A DNA stretch of 63,930 nucleotides, the filler included, from Octopus bimaculoides (taxonomy: Eukaryota): NCBI RefSeq assembly GCF_001194135.2. It is 10 parts of 9 records of this genome, joined end to end, with 100 filler letters (N's around TTAATTAATTAA, not from the genome) between each part and the next. Parts side by side here need not be neighbours in the genome. Positions count along the whole stretch, not along the records: positions 41,995 to 54,332 come from NC_068996.1; positions 54,433 to 63,930 come from NC_068988.1; 8 more parts are not named here. One strand, 5' to 3'. Below are positions 52,238 to 63,876 of this stretch, piece after piece. The position numbers were made by a program, and so were the translations under genes. The first letter of the stretch is position 1. Each line of letters opens with the position of its first letter. The notes beneath the pieces were generated by a model that was not told the origin of the DNA, made no database searches, and saw nothing but the letters and a program-made list of their open reading frames with translations.

Positions 52238-52682
52238 CAGTTCTATATCTAAGAGATGAAGAATTATGTACATTATTTACATTATTTACAATCGACGGAT
52301 ATTTGTCTTCATCTTGTTTGTTGTTAACACAACGTTTCGGCTGATATACCCTCCAGCCTTCATCGGGTGTCTTGGGTAAAGTTCGAACCTGGGTTCTCTT
52401 TCCTAAGGTATTTTTCGATGTTTGTTATTATTATTATTATTGTTTTTTTTTCTTCTTTCTTCAAATGTTCTTCCATTTCTCGCCGAGTGTTTTCCGTACA
52501 CCTAGAACAGAGAAACTCATTGTATGCATTCCCAGTTTACACACGCAAATTCACAGGTAAAATATGTATTTTAAAAAAAAATTAATAAATAAGAAATTTC
52601 ATGAATGGATGTTGCTTTCACAGCGATAGTGCTCTTCTCAGTACATGAGTCGTTCCAGTTAACACGATTTTTTGCACTTCCT

Positions 52683-52737
<55 letters not shown>

Positions 52738-52745
52738 CATTATTA

Positions 52746-52817
<72 letters not shown>

Positions 52818-52826
52818 TCACTGCCC
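52238..52826 (-). mobile_element. Copy C of the hammerhead-tailed SINE, inserted in an R4/Dong-like LINE
   Basis: Same body and tail at 52238-52440. A GGGCAGTGACCTGAAT(AAT)n head remnant lies at 52683-52826 and runs into a gap. About 240 bp of extra sequence separates the two AAT tracts. Confidence 0.8.
52326..52371 (-). ncRNA. Minimal type-I hammerhead ribozyme motif, one core substitution (U4C)
   Basis: RNA reads GACAC-CCGAUGA-A-GGCUG-GAGGGUAUAU-CAGCC-GAAA-CG-UU^GUGUU. Stem I is GACAC/GUGUU, stem II is GGCUG/CAGCC, and the stem III region is the palindrome ACGU. Confidence 0.65.
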
Positions 52827-53487
52827 NNNNNNNNNNNNNNNNNNNNNNNNNNNNNNNNNNNNNNNNNNNNNNNNNNNNNNNNNNNNNNNNNNNNNNNNNN
52901 NNNNNNNNNNNNNNNNNNNNNNNNNNNNNNNNNNNNNNNNNNNNNNNNNNNNNNNNNNNNNNNNNNNNNNNNNNNNNNNNNNNNNNNNNNNNNNNNNNNN
53001 NNNNNNNNNNNNNNNNNNNNNNNNNNNNNNNNNNNNNNNNNNNNNNNNNNNNNNNNNNNNNNNNNNNNNNNNNNNNNNNNNNNNNNNNNNNNNNNNNNNN
53101 NNNNNNNNNNNNNNNNNNNNNNNNNNNNNNNNNNNNNNNNNNNNNNNNNNNNNNNNNNNNNNNNNNNNNNNNNNNNNNNNNNNNNNNNNNNNNNNNNNNN
53201 NNNNNNNNNNNNNNNNNNNNNNNNNNNNNNNNNNNNNNNNNNNNNNNNNNNNNNNNNNNNNNNNNNNNNNNNNNNNNNNNNNNNNNNNNNNNNNNNNNNN
53301 NNNNNNNNNNNNNNNNNNNNNNNNNNNNNNNNNNNNNNNNNNNNNNNNNNNNNNNNNNNNNNNNNNNNNNNNNNNNNNNNNNNNNNNNNNNNNNNNNNNN
53401 NNNNNNNNNNNNNNNNNNNNNNNNNNNNNNNNNNNNNNNNNNNNNNNNNNNNNNNNNNNNNNNNNNNNNNNNNNNNNNNNNNNNNNG

Positions 53488-54332
53488 TTAAAGGTGTGAG
53501 TGCCAGGCAGAACAGGAGTGGAGAGAGCGTGTCTCCCTGGAATATTCCGCTTCTAATAGGGATGGCTTTCGTTTTCACAAGTCCCTCTTTTGTTTGGAGT
53601 TGTAGCACTGTCTGCCATTTGTTCATTGAGTGCCTTATGTATTTTATAATAATTGGTGCCACCTTGTTTATGGCTAGTGTTTCCAGAATCCACGTGTGGG
53701 GAACACTGTCGAAAGCCTTTTGGTAGTCCACCCAGACCATACTGAGGCCTTTCTTCTTTCTGCGGCTGTCTTCAGTTATGGCTTTATTGATCAATAATTG
53801 ATCTTTACAGCCGTATGAGCCTTTGCAGCATCCCTTCTCCTCTTCTGGAAACAGGTTGTCATTTTCCAGATGCTTACTCAATCTCTACGATATTATTGCA
53901 GTAAAGGCTTTGTAGACCGTAGGGAGACAGGTTATAGGTCTATAGTCTTGTGGTTTCTCCTTTTCCGTGGATTTGGGGATTAAGATGGTTTACCCTGTCG
54001 TGAGCCATTCAGGCATTGTCTCTGGCTCTGCTATTATGTTGTTAAAGTTTTCTGCCAGCTTTTTATGCATTGCTGGCAGGTGTTTTAACCAGAAATTGGG
54101 GATCTTGTCGTGTCCAGGTGCCTTCCAGTTTCTTAGTCTTTGCAGTGTCTGGGTGACCTCTTCAGTTGTTATAGGGGCCCAGAGTTGCTGAGGTGCTAAG
54201 TTCGTTGTTTTAATGGTCCTTTTCTGGGGTTGTTGCTTCACCGACCATATTTGTTTCCAGAATTCTTCCAGTTCTTCTGCTGTTGGTGCTGCAGTAATGT
54301 CTATTTTATTTTTACCCAGTTCTTGATAGAGT
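53488..54332 (-). mobile_element. R4/Dong-like LINE RT fragment
   Basis: NWKAPGHDKIPNFWLK; QKGCCKGSYGCKDQLL...WVDYQKAFDSVPH...GIFQGDTLSPLLF. Continues at 51953-52237 (MKLGLEKSAK...YKYLG) beyond the SINE insertion. Confidence 0.9.
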
Positions 54333-54432
54333 NNNNNNNNNNNNNNNNNNNNNNNNNNNNNNNNNNNNNNNNNNNNTTAATTAATTAANNNNNNNNNNNN
54401 NNNNNNNNNNNNNNNNNNNNNNNNNNNNNNNN

Positions 54433-54545
54433 TAGTTCAGTAGTAGGAAGAAGGATCAGCTGTAGTTTAGTGGCAGGAAGGAGGATCAACTGTAGTTCAG
54501 TAGTAGGAAGGGAGATCAGCCATAGTTCAATGATAGTAAGGACAC
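54433..54545. repeat. 30-bp minisatellite, about 3.5 units
   Basis: TAGTTCAGTAGTAGGAAGRRGRATCARCTG repeated; extends into a gap. Confidence 0.85.
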
Positions 54546-55124
54546 ATCAACCAGCTATAAAAACCGTTGGTTCTAACAAGTAAAGCATCCACTTCATGTA
54601 CGTATAGAACATTAATGCAAAAGAGAAAAACAATTATTAATATTAATGATGATGATGATGATTGCAAATGGGTGAGGATGGTAGTGATAGTTAGGGTGTG
54701 GAGTGGTGGCACTGGTAGTAACAGTGATGTTGACCACAACAGTTGAGGTGATGGTTATGATAATGCTGATAATGATTATGATGATGCTGGTGATGGTTAT
54801 GATGATGCTGGTGATGGTTATGATGATGTTGATCATGGTAATGGTGCAGGAAATGGATACAACAAAGCTAATGGTTACAGTGATGCTATCATGATGATGA
54901 TGATGATGGTGGTAATAATGATAGCACTGGCAACAACACAAGGTTGAGAGCAAAAAACAACAAAAAAAATCAACACCAAACCCTGACATAGTATAGTATA
55001 TAATACCACTAGAACACCAGGGTGACTGTAACTACATTACAACAACCACCACTAACACTACCATAACTCTCCACCACCAAGAAGTCATTGAGCTATAATT
55101 CTCATAGAAATCAATGTTCCTTAC

Positions 55125-55214
55125 CAGATGGGGTCCTTACTGAGCCCTGCATCATACAGCAGTGTGTACGCACACATAGAACTGACCACAGCAGCATGGA
55201 TACTGGATATGACC
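55125..55214 (-). CDS. TLCD4: Second coding exon of the TLCD4/TMEM56-like gene
   Basis: 90-nt exon with acceptor ttgctttctctattctag|G and donor CTG|GTAAGG. Phase 2 joins the previous exon (CG+G = Arg), giving RVISSIHAAVVSSMCAYTLLYDAGLSKDPIW, similar to recalled human [31 protein letters not shown]. Confidence 0.9.
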
Positions 55215-55364
55215 CTAGAATAGAGAAAGCAATATGGGTAATTAAACAGGCATACAAAAAAATGCTCTTCACAATAATGAAATGAGAAAGAAAGAAAAAA
55301 AAATTTGTTTTTGGATTCACTTCATATATATTCCATTTCAAAATATAAAGTGAGAAGTGTCGAA

Positions 55365-55560
55365 CTGGGACTGAAACCATATTGCAGACTAACATGGTTC
55401 AACAACAGTTAAGCTGATACTGAAACCACAATGCAGACCAATATGGCTCAGCAAGTGTCCAGCTGAAACTCAAACCATACTGCAGGTCAGCATGGTTCAC
55501 CATGCACCAAGCTGGGACTGAAACCACTCTGCAGGCTAACAAGGCTCACTGAGTGCTTAA
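55365..55560. repeat. Diverged 49-bp tandem repeat, 4 units
   Basis: Units start at 55365, 55414, 55463 and 55512. Consensus CTGRRACTGAAACCAYWNTGCAG.C.A.CATGG.TCA plus a variable end. Confidence 0.85.
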
Positions 55561-56544
55561 GACCACTGTACAGTACTGCTGAATTTAAGTCTTCCCCACC
55601 ACTTTTTTTTTTTTTTTTTNNNNNNNNNNNNNNNNNNNNNNNNNNNNNNNNNNNNNNNNNNNNNNNNNNNNNNNNNNNNNNNNNNNNNNNNNNNNNNNNN
55701 NNNNNNNNNNNNNNNNNNNNNNNNNNNNNNNNNNNNNNNNNNNNNNNNNNNNNNNNNNNNNNNNNNNNNNNNNNNNNNNNNNNNNNNNNNNNNNNNNNNN
55801 NNNNNNNNNNNNNNNNNNNNNNNNNNNNNNNNNNNNNNNNNNNNNNNNNNNNNNNNNNNNNNNNNNNNNNNNNNNNNNNNNNNNNNNNNNNNNNNNNNNN
55901 NNNNNNNNNNNNNNNNNNNNNNNNNNNNNNNNNNNNNNNNNNNNNNNNNNNNNNNNNNNNNNNNNNNNNNNNNNNNNNNNNNNNNNNNNNNNNNNNNNNN
56001 NNNNNNNNNNNNNNNNNNNNNNNNNNNNNNNNNNNNNNNNNNNNNNNNNNNNNNNNNNNNNNNNNNNNNNNNNNNNNNNNNNNNNNNNNNNNNNNNNNNN
56101 NNNNNNNNNNNNNNNNNNNNNNNNNNNNNNNNNNNNNNNNNNNNNNNNNNNNNNNNNNNNNNNNNNNNNNNNNNNNNNNNNNNNNNNNNNNNNNNNNNNN
56201 NNNNNNNNNNNNNNNNNNNNNNNNNNNNNNNNNNNNNNNNNNNNNNNNNNNNNNNNNNNNNNNNNNNNNNNNNNNNNNNNNNNNNNNNNNNNNNNNNNNN
56301 NNNNNNNNNNNNNNNNNNNNNNNNNNNNNNNNNNNNNNNNNNNNNNNNNNNNNNNNNNNNNNNNNNNNNNNNNNNNNNNNNNNNNNNNNNNNNNNNNNNN
56401 NNNNNNNAGCAGTAAAACCCGTCATTGATTGGGTAATTACTTTTACTGTTTATCTGGAGCCACATTGAATGTATTATTATATATATAATTTACTCCTCCT
56501 GTATGTGTGCATTTTTAGAAGAGAAAACTATGTAATAATTGAAA

Positions 56545-56830
56545 TAGAAAGATCAATATCATTCTTTGTTGGCTATCTGCAAATCCGTTTGCAGTTTCTT
56601 GTGTTGTTTCTTGCATATGATGTGATGCTTTTTGAACACTATCAGCTGCAAGTCGTGCATGTCTTTTATCTTTGTTTTCTGCTGCATGTCGAGCTGCCAT
56701 TCTTTGTTCGCTATCTGCAAGTTGTGCATTTCGTTGATGTTCAGTTTCAGGTGCATGTCGAGCTTTCTTTCTCTGTCGCTGATCTGCAAGCTATGCGCAT
56801 CTCATCTTCGTTTCCTGATGCACATCATGC
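56545..56830 (-). pseudogene. STPR-like repeat segment, probable Helitron N-terminal remnant
   Basis: LADQRQRKKARHAPETEHQRNAQLADSEQRMAARHAAENKDKRHARLAADSVQKASHHMQETTQETANGFADSQQR, a 23-aa periodicity of ET.EQR.ARLA. Confidence 0.6.
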
Positions 56831-59800
56831 ATTTGTTTGGTGTTCGTTTTGTGACGGTCTTTTTTTTATTGAGAACATTTGTTTTGATAATAAATATCAG
56901 TAAGTAATAGTGAAATGAATTTACAAATACTGAATGGTGTTCGTGTTTTTGCTGAAATTCCACTGCTATATTACAGGAATGCAGGGCAAGGCGTTGTGTG
57001 GTTGTCTTTTTGTTGGTGTGTCAATGATTTTTGTCTCACTGTGAAATTTGTGTCTATGTGCATATGGCTTCACTGCCAGATTGTCTATGCTTATGTGAAA
57101 GAAATTTGTATATGTATATCTGAGCGGAAAAGTTAGAAAAATAAGTATATCTGAAACATGAATTAATATACATGTGTGTGTGTGTGTGTGTGTGTTTGTG
57201 TGTGTTCATTTAGAGAGAAAGAGAGAGAGAGAGACAGATAAAAAATGGTGGTGCCATTTCTTTTGAGTTCCACACTACTGGTGGAAATGGACAAAACACC
57301 CATTCTTATAATTTTCTTTTATCTTTTCCTTCTTTTCACCTTTTACTTGTTTCAGTCATTAGAAAATGGCCATGCTGGGGCACTGCCATTAAGAAATTTT
57401 AGTTGGACATATTGNNNNNNNNNNNNNNNNNNNNNNNNNNNNNNNNNNNNNNNNNNNNNNNNNNNNNNNNNNNNNNNNNNNNNNNNNNNNNNNNNNNNNN
57501 NNNNNNNNNNNNNNNNNNNNNNNNNNNNNNNNNNNNNNNNNNNNNNNNNNNNNNNNNNNNNNNNNNNNNNNNNNNNNNNNNNNNNNNNNNNNNNNNNNNN
57601 NNNNNNNNNNNNNNNNNNNNNNNNNNNNNNNNNNNNNNNNNNNNNNNNNNNNNNNNNNNNNNNNNNNNNNNNNNNNNNNNNNNNNNNNNNNNNNNNNNNN
57701 NNNNNNNNNNNNNNNNNNNNNNNNNNNNNNNNNNNNNNNNNNNNNNNNNNNNNNNNNNNNNNNNNNNNNNNNNNNNNNNNNNNNNNNNNNNNNNNNNNNN
57801 NNNNNNNNNNNNNNNNNNNNNNNNNNNNNNNNNNNNNNNNNNNNNNNNNNNNNNNNNNNNNNNNNNNNNNNNNNNNNNNNNNNNNNNNNNNNNNNNNNNN
57901 NNNNNNNNNNNNNNNNNNNNNNNNNNNNNNNNNNNNNNNNNNNNNNNNNNNNNNNNNNNNNNNNNNNNNNNNNNNNNNNNNNNNNNNNNNNNNNNNNNNN
58001 NNNNNNNNNNNNNNNNATATACATAAATATAATTTTTGGAACATTGGATGCTGAGGCACATCACATAAAACTTTAAATAATAGCATGAAAATATGAGATT
58101 ATAAAACCCTTTTAGACAGAAAAAGACTTAAACCCAAATCTTCTAGATTTTCTAACCAAAAGGGCTTTTTACCTCAATATTTACATGCTTTATGTGCTGT
58201 GTCTCAAAATCCACTGTTCCAAAAAGCAATTATTTTATGTTCTCTTGAAAGTTTATAAAATTTTTATGATGTCAACAATATATATATATAGATATATATA
58301 TATATTATTTAACAAACAAAATATATGTATTTATGTGCTACTATTAGTGTCATATGGTAAGAGCATGCCAAACTGTTTTTAACACGTCTGGTGTCCTAGC
58401 ACAATCATGAGACACTGCCCTCATGGCATTGTATTCCATTTCTAGTTTATGTATTGTTTCTTAAATAATATTTATATAACGATGATGATGATGATGATGA
58501 TATTTGGTATTTTGGATGAGTATATGTCATTTAGTGTGTTGAAGTGTTGAGTAGAGCACTAGCACAGTTTGGGCTACCTGGTGTCATCCACAGTCGGGAT
58601 ATGTTACCGTTGGATCTGCTTCAGGAACTCCACAGTATTAGTTGAGATAATAATAATTTCTTAAGTAACCAGAAGATTAATACTAAATCCATCTTCTGAT
58701 TCCTTAAGAAATCATCATATATATATATATATATATATATATTGTTCTATTAGCTAAGTTCTGCATAGTCTTATCTTCAATAAACATTGAGTTATATTTT
58801 CTGAAGTTTTGTTTGTTGTAATTATTTGTAATATAATCATGTACAGATTATACTATTCTATTACCTATTGAATTTTATAATACTGCAAGAAGGTTATGGT
58901 GGTGCCGCCCCCTTAAAAGGGCAGACCACCCCCTCTGCCCACCTCTAGCTATGTTAGTGTGAAACCAACAAGAACATGCCACTATGTGGTTACTCAACCT
59001 GCTAAAAATAGCAGCTGGCTCTCCCTCACCTTTTAAAAAAGCAGAGGACATAGAAAATAATGTAGTCCAAGTAAGGGATGAACTGTTAAGGAGCAGTGTT
59101 CTACCCCCACAATGTGACTACCAGCCTACTGCTAATGATAGTAAAGGAATTTTATCTGTTTGTCAAAACTATCTCTTTGAACACACACAAACACACAGAA
59201 AGACAAACAGACACACAAACATATGTACATAGGCAAAACAACTAGTTCTAAGAACCCCAATGATGTTTTATGTCTTATAAACATTTTATGGTAAAGTATG
59301 TTTACATGCCTCAAGAGTGATGTTTCAGGTAGGACCTTTCTATTAACAAAATACATACAAGTGAGAGCGTGTATGTGGATTGAAGGTGGGTGGAGAGTGG
59401 AGAGGGGAATAATGTTTCTTTGAAACCAATTTTATTGAAAATACACTAGTTTCAATGTATATATTTTTCTATTAAAGAAATTTCTATTATGTTCTCCATA
59501 TCACATATGTTCACTGATTAAAAACAAAAGAAAAAAGAAAAAAGAAAGGGAAACTAAACACCAGGTGTTTAGCACTAGCTGTCATATTTGAACCATGTCC
59601 ACTTTGCTCACTGTTAAGAACCTAGAATTTTATCCGAAGACATTGTAAACCAGTAGAGATAGATGTGTTGTGTCTTCCCCCTGGCCAACATGAAGTAGTC
59701 CATGTTTAACATGATAGAACTAGGCCACATTCAAACACTTGACAGTTACCTGAGAACTATTAGAGTGAATGCATAAACGGTCATTTTATGTTTTCCTCGG

Positions 59801-59834
59801 AGGAGGTCTGACTCTTGGTGAGTCACCTCTTCAT

Positions 59835-60284
59835 TCTTTTCTTTTATTCTTTTATTTGTTTCAGTCATTTGACTGCGGCCATGCTGGAGTACCACCTTGA
59901 AGGGTTTTAGTCAAACAAATCAACTCCAGGACTTATTTTTTTTAAAGCTTAGTACTTATTATGTCAGACTCTAAGTTACAGGGACGTAAACACACCAACA
60001 CTGATTGTCAAAAGGTGATTGATACAAACAAACCAGTGGTTTTTCAGATCCCATTGACCAAAATTCATTTGCAAAGCCTGAGACATCCTAAGGCTATGAG
60101 TGAAGAGACTTTTCTAAGGCACTAAACAAGGAGACCAGACCTAGAACTATATTATCGCAAATGAACTTCACACTACTGTGAGGAACCTTGGGCAAGTTCT
60201 TTATTATAGCCCTGAGATGTCAAAGCCTTGTAAGTGAATTTATGGTAGGTGAGGATGAAAGAAAGAAGCCTGTTCTGTGTGCAT

Positions 60285-60290
<6 letters not shown>
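59835..60290. mobile_element. Cluster of SINE family 1 pieces in both orientations, in TLCD4 intron 1
   Basis: Minus-strand 3' half at 59835-60010, degenerate minus-strand head to about 60170, then a plus-strand CORE-like segment GAACCTTGGGCAAGTTC. Confidence 0.7.
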
Positions 60291-60315
<25 letters not shown>

Positions 60316-61424
60316 CATCTAGCATACCCTTATCTTGACATCATGTGATGATTGTAAATGAGCTTCATCGTCATACAAGTCATGTTGTTCATTTCCAGTC
60401 TTCCACAGAATCATATCTGGTCATGGGAAAATATTACCTTACTTGGAAACAGGTGAGAGCTGGTGGCAGGAAGGGCTTTTGACTACAGAAAATAGGTCTC
60501 AACAAATTCCATCTGACCCCCACCCCATGCAAGAATACAAAAGTACGCAATAAAATGATGACAATGATATGAGGGTTGGCATGGAGTTAAACACTAATCA
60601 GAATATGCAATATAATCCTCAACAAGATGGAGCTATGGCAAATCCGAGTTTATGGGTCTGTACCTGAGTGTTTCACTGGTTACCTGTTTGACACACCACA
60701 AGAAATAACAATGTCATTGTAAGAGACAAAACATCAATGGTAAAAGAATGCCAAGACCAACAAATAACAAAATGACATACTCTCATCTTTCACAATCCAT
60801 TGCTGCAAAGAAAAGTCAATGAAAGATGTTTCTAATTCCCAGGGATTATGAAGTTATGCCACAGGCAAGTCTTAACATGGAGAAGATTAAGCAAGTTGAT
60901 AGTCCTACTATTTAACTGTGATCAGATCAGATTAGATTGAAGCCTGGTACAGCCATCTGGCTCACCAGCCCTCAGTCAAACCATCCAACCCATGCCAGAA
61001 TAGAAAGCAGACGTTAAATGATGATGATGATGATGATACAAATAAATCACATTGAATACTAGGTCCACGTGGGATGCATATGACTTTCACTTGGTATATA
61101 TTAGCCAAAATAAACCATTGGAGTATATGAGTGGCTCAACATTACACTAGTTCATAATCTGTTGTCACTCGCTTAAATAAACTTGCACAGACAAAATTGT
61201 CAGTGCATTACTTGTTAGATATGTTTGAGTGTCTAGATCTGTGATAAGGGCAACTGCACATACTTGAAAGAATACTTAATTTCATAGCAGATGCCTTTTA
61301 TCTATATTGTCTGTTCATAACTTTTATGTTCATAACTTTTATCTTCAATATACCTACCACACACTTGTATGACATGCAGCAATTCCTTGTTTAATCTAGA
61401 ATTCAATGTTTTCTTTATGTTCAT

Positions 61425-62240
61425 CAGCACCGTCGTTTTACATCCGCTTTCCATGCTGGCATGGGTTGGACGGTTTGATTGAGGGCTGGCGTGCCAGAAG
61501 GCTGCACTGGGCTCCAATCTGATCTGGCAAAGTTTCTACAGCTGGATGCCCTACCTAACACCAACCACTCCGAGAATCTAGTGGGTCCTTTTTACGTGCC
61601 ACCGGCACAAGGGCCAGTCATGTGGTACTGGCATCGACCACACTTGAATGGTGCATTTTATGTGCCACCAGCACAGGAGTCAATCAGGCAGCACTGGCAC
61701 CAGCCACACTCAAATGCTTCTTTTTACGTGCCACCAGCATGGGACCAGTCAGATGGCACTGGCACCAGCCACACTCAAATGGTGCTTTTTACATGCCACC
61801 GGCAAGGGACCAGTCAGGCAGCACTGGCATCGACCACGCTCGAATGGTGCTTTTTACATGCCGCCGGCACAGGTGCCAATCAGGTGGTACTGTCATCGGC
61901 CATCACAATGACTTCACTTGACTGAACAGGACTTCACAAGCGCAGTTTGTTGCCCAATGGCTGAAGGGTACTCTTAAATGGGCTGGTTACGCTACACTGG
62001 CATAGGCCACAGTTACAGTCTCACTCAGCTTGCCAAGTCTTCTCAAGCACAGCATATCTCTAAAGGTCTCGGTCACTTGCCACCGCTTCGGTGAGGCCCA
62101 ACGTTCAAAGGTCATGCTTCATCACCTCGTCTCGAGTCTTCCTGTGCCTACCTCTTCCACGGGTTCCCTCAACTGTTAGGGTGTGACACTTCTTCACACA
62201 GCTGCCCTCATCCACATGCAACATATAACCAGACCAGCAA
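61425..62240 (-). mobile_element. RTE-group LINE 3' end with tandem-repeat 3'UTR
   Basis: CVKKCHTLTVEGTRGRGRHRKTRDEVMKHDL...YAVLEKT, then a 3'UTR ending CCAGCATGGAAAGCGGATGTAAAACGACG. A shorter 3' end of the same type lies at 60940-61040 (+). Confidence 0.85.
61585..61900. repeat. About 65-bp tandem repeat, 5 units, in the RTE 3'UTR
   Basis: GGTGCTTTTTACRTGCCACCGGCAC...CCAGTCAG...CACTGGCA.C.RCCAC.CT..AAT repeated. Confidence 0.85.
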
Positions 62241-62292
62241 ATGATTTTCTAGAATTCATTTTTAATAACAACAATCAAGGGCATTTACTCAC

Positions 62293-62462
62293 CGTGTATT
62301 CCAGTCAATTTTCTTCTCTGTGTGTAGGTGAAGGTATCCAGGGAATACAAATGCTGACAAGATAGGGCTGACATATTTATAAATGATGAGGAAAGCCACA
62401 CAACTGAGGCAGGCAGCCCTGAAGTAGGACGTGTCCCAAATGATATCGCCCGATGATGACAT
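62293..62462 (-). CDS. TLCD4: First coding exon of a TLC (TRAM/LAG1/CLN8) domain membrane protein, TLCD4/TMEM56-like
   Basis: Translates as MSSSGDIIWDTSYFRAACLSCVAFLIIYKYVSPILSAFVFPGYLHLHTEKKIDWNT(R), ending in phase 2 at a CG|GTGAGT donor. It resembles the recalled human TMEM56 N-terminus (VS..SA...PG...L...KKIEWNSR). An upstream acceptor (ttgtatttcattaacag) places the exon start at 62553, so the exon includes 5'UTR. Confidence 0.9.
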
Positions 62463-62749
62463 TCTACTGGTCTCACGTTAAAGGATTACAGGGCATCAGG
62501 ATGGTGGTGATGATGATGACAGTCAGCAGTAGCAGCAGTAGTAACCGTAGCAACTGTTAATGAAATACAAGTTAATTATAGATAAGTATTCAGCTGTAGA
62601 AACAGGAACTAGAGTACTAAATACATGTTGTAGAGCTTATGTATTTGTTTAAAGTTTCCTCATATCAGCTGGGTGAATGCAGGAAAGCAGAGAAACTTGG
62701 AGTGGTAAAGGAGCCACTGGCTTTCAGTAAATAAATATATATACACACG

Positions 62750-62781
<32 letters not shown>

Positions 62782-63845
62782 TTTATGTACATGAGCACAC
62801 ATAGATGTTAAAATAAGCTTATTATTTAAAAGCAAGTTTAAAAATGGCAATCAGAACAGTTACTGACTTGGTAACTTTATACTGAGAATAAAGTCGAATT
62901 TATTGTAAAGATCAAACTGACTGGGACATCACAATACACACATATATACATGCATGTACACATACATACACAAAAATACACGCATTCATATATATACTGC
63001 CATCATCACCATCGTCATCATTTTATGCCTGCATTCTATGTTGGTATGGATTGCACAGGTTGTCACAATCAAAGTCAATTCTAATGAAAGAGCTACTTCC
63101 CTCCTAGATGGGTCAGAGGATGGTCTTACCTGTATGCTCTGATTTTGTCATGGTCTCCATAGGGTTGTATGCTCTTCCTAACACCAACCAGTTTACAGGG
63201 TGTGCTTAGTGTGTGTGTGAGTCCTCTTGTCATTAGATTTTTGACCTATGGTCAATTATTCAAATGGCTTCACAAAACACTCCTTTAACACCCTACCATC
63301 TTCCTACCCCACCCACAATCAAATATCTTGTGTTGAACATTCACTACTTTCTTTCAGCTATCATTCATCAAGTCTTTCCCTCTCACACTGATTAACAAAC
63401 CCCAAACACACCCAAATCCCATATATAGAATCACAAAGCCCCAAATCCTCAGATCTGTTTGACATCCAATGCAAGAAAATTCTCCAACAAATTTAATGAA
63501 TTTTCTTTTTTAATTTCTACACCCAAGTTAAAAAAGAACTCACCAGATCTATGAAGAAAAAAAAAAATACTAAATTAAACTGACAAGAATTATCAATGAA
63601 GTCATGCTTGTTTTCGTTTTTCAAATATATATATAAATATATACATATATAAATAATAAATAATATATATTCATATGTGGGGTACAGGACGTCACCAACA
63701 GTGAAAACAACATGAAATGTGCAAACAAACAAGTTAAATACTTATACAACAAGAAGAGAATAGAAAACAGGACAAGTAAACACAGAGGAAGACCCTTCAT
63801 CAGTTGTCGGCTGATACATATACATACATATAAACATATATATAT

Positions 63846-63876
<31 letters not shown>

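Noticed and set aside
11160-54388. Nine regularly formatted TTAATTAATTAA motifs that look like a dispersed conserved element
   Set aside because: Always centred in N44...N44 and carrying stops in all six frames: an artificial scaffolding linker.
54527-54600. DALLVRTN peptide on the minus strand as TLCD4 exon 3
   Set aside because: The available AG gives the wrong phase (TGT then a stop), and no GY..D motif or proper donor follows.
55365-55560. CRISPR array
   Set aside because: Eukaryotic context, variable part only about 10 nt, degenerate repeats and no cas genes.
63780-63815. Minus-strand CTGATGAAGGG, possible hammerhead
   Set aside because: No matching stem II partner or GAAA follows.
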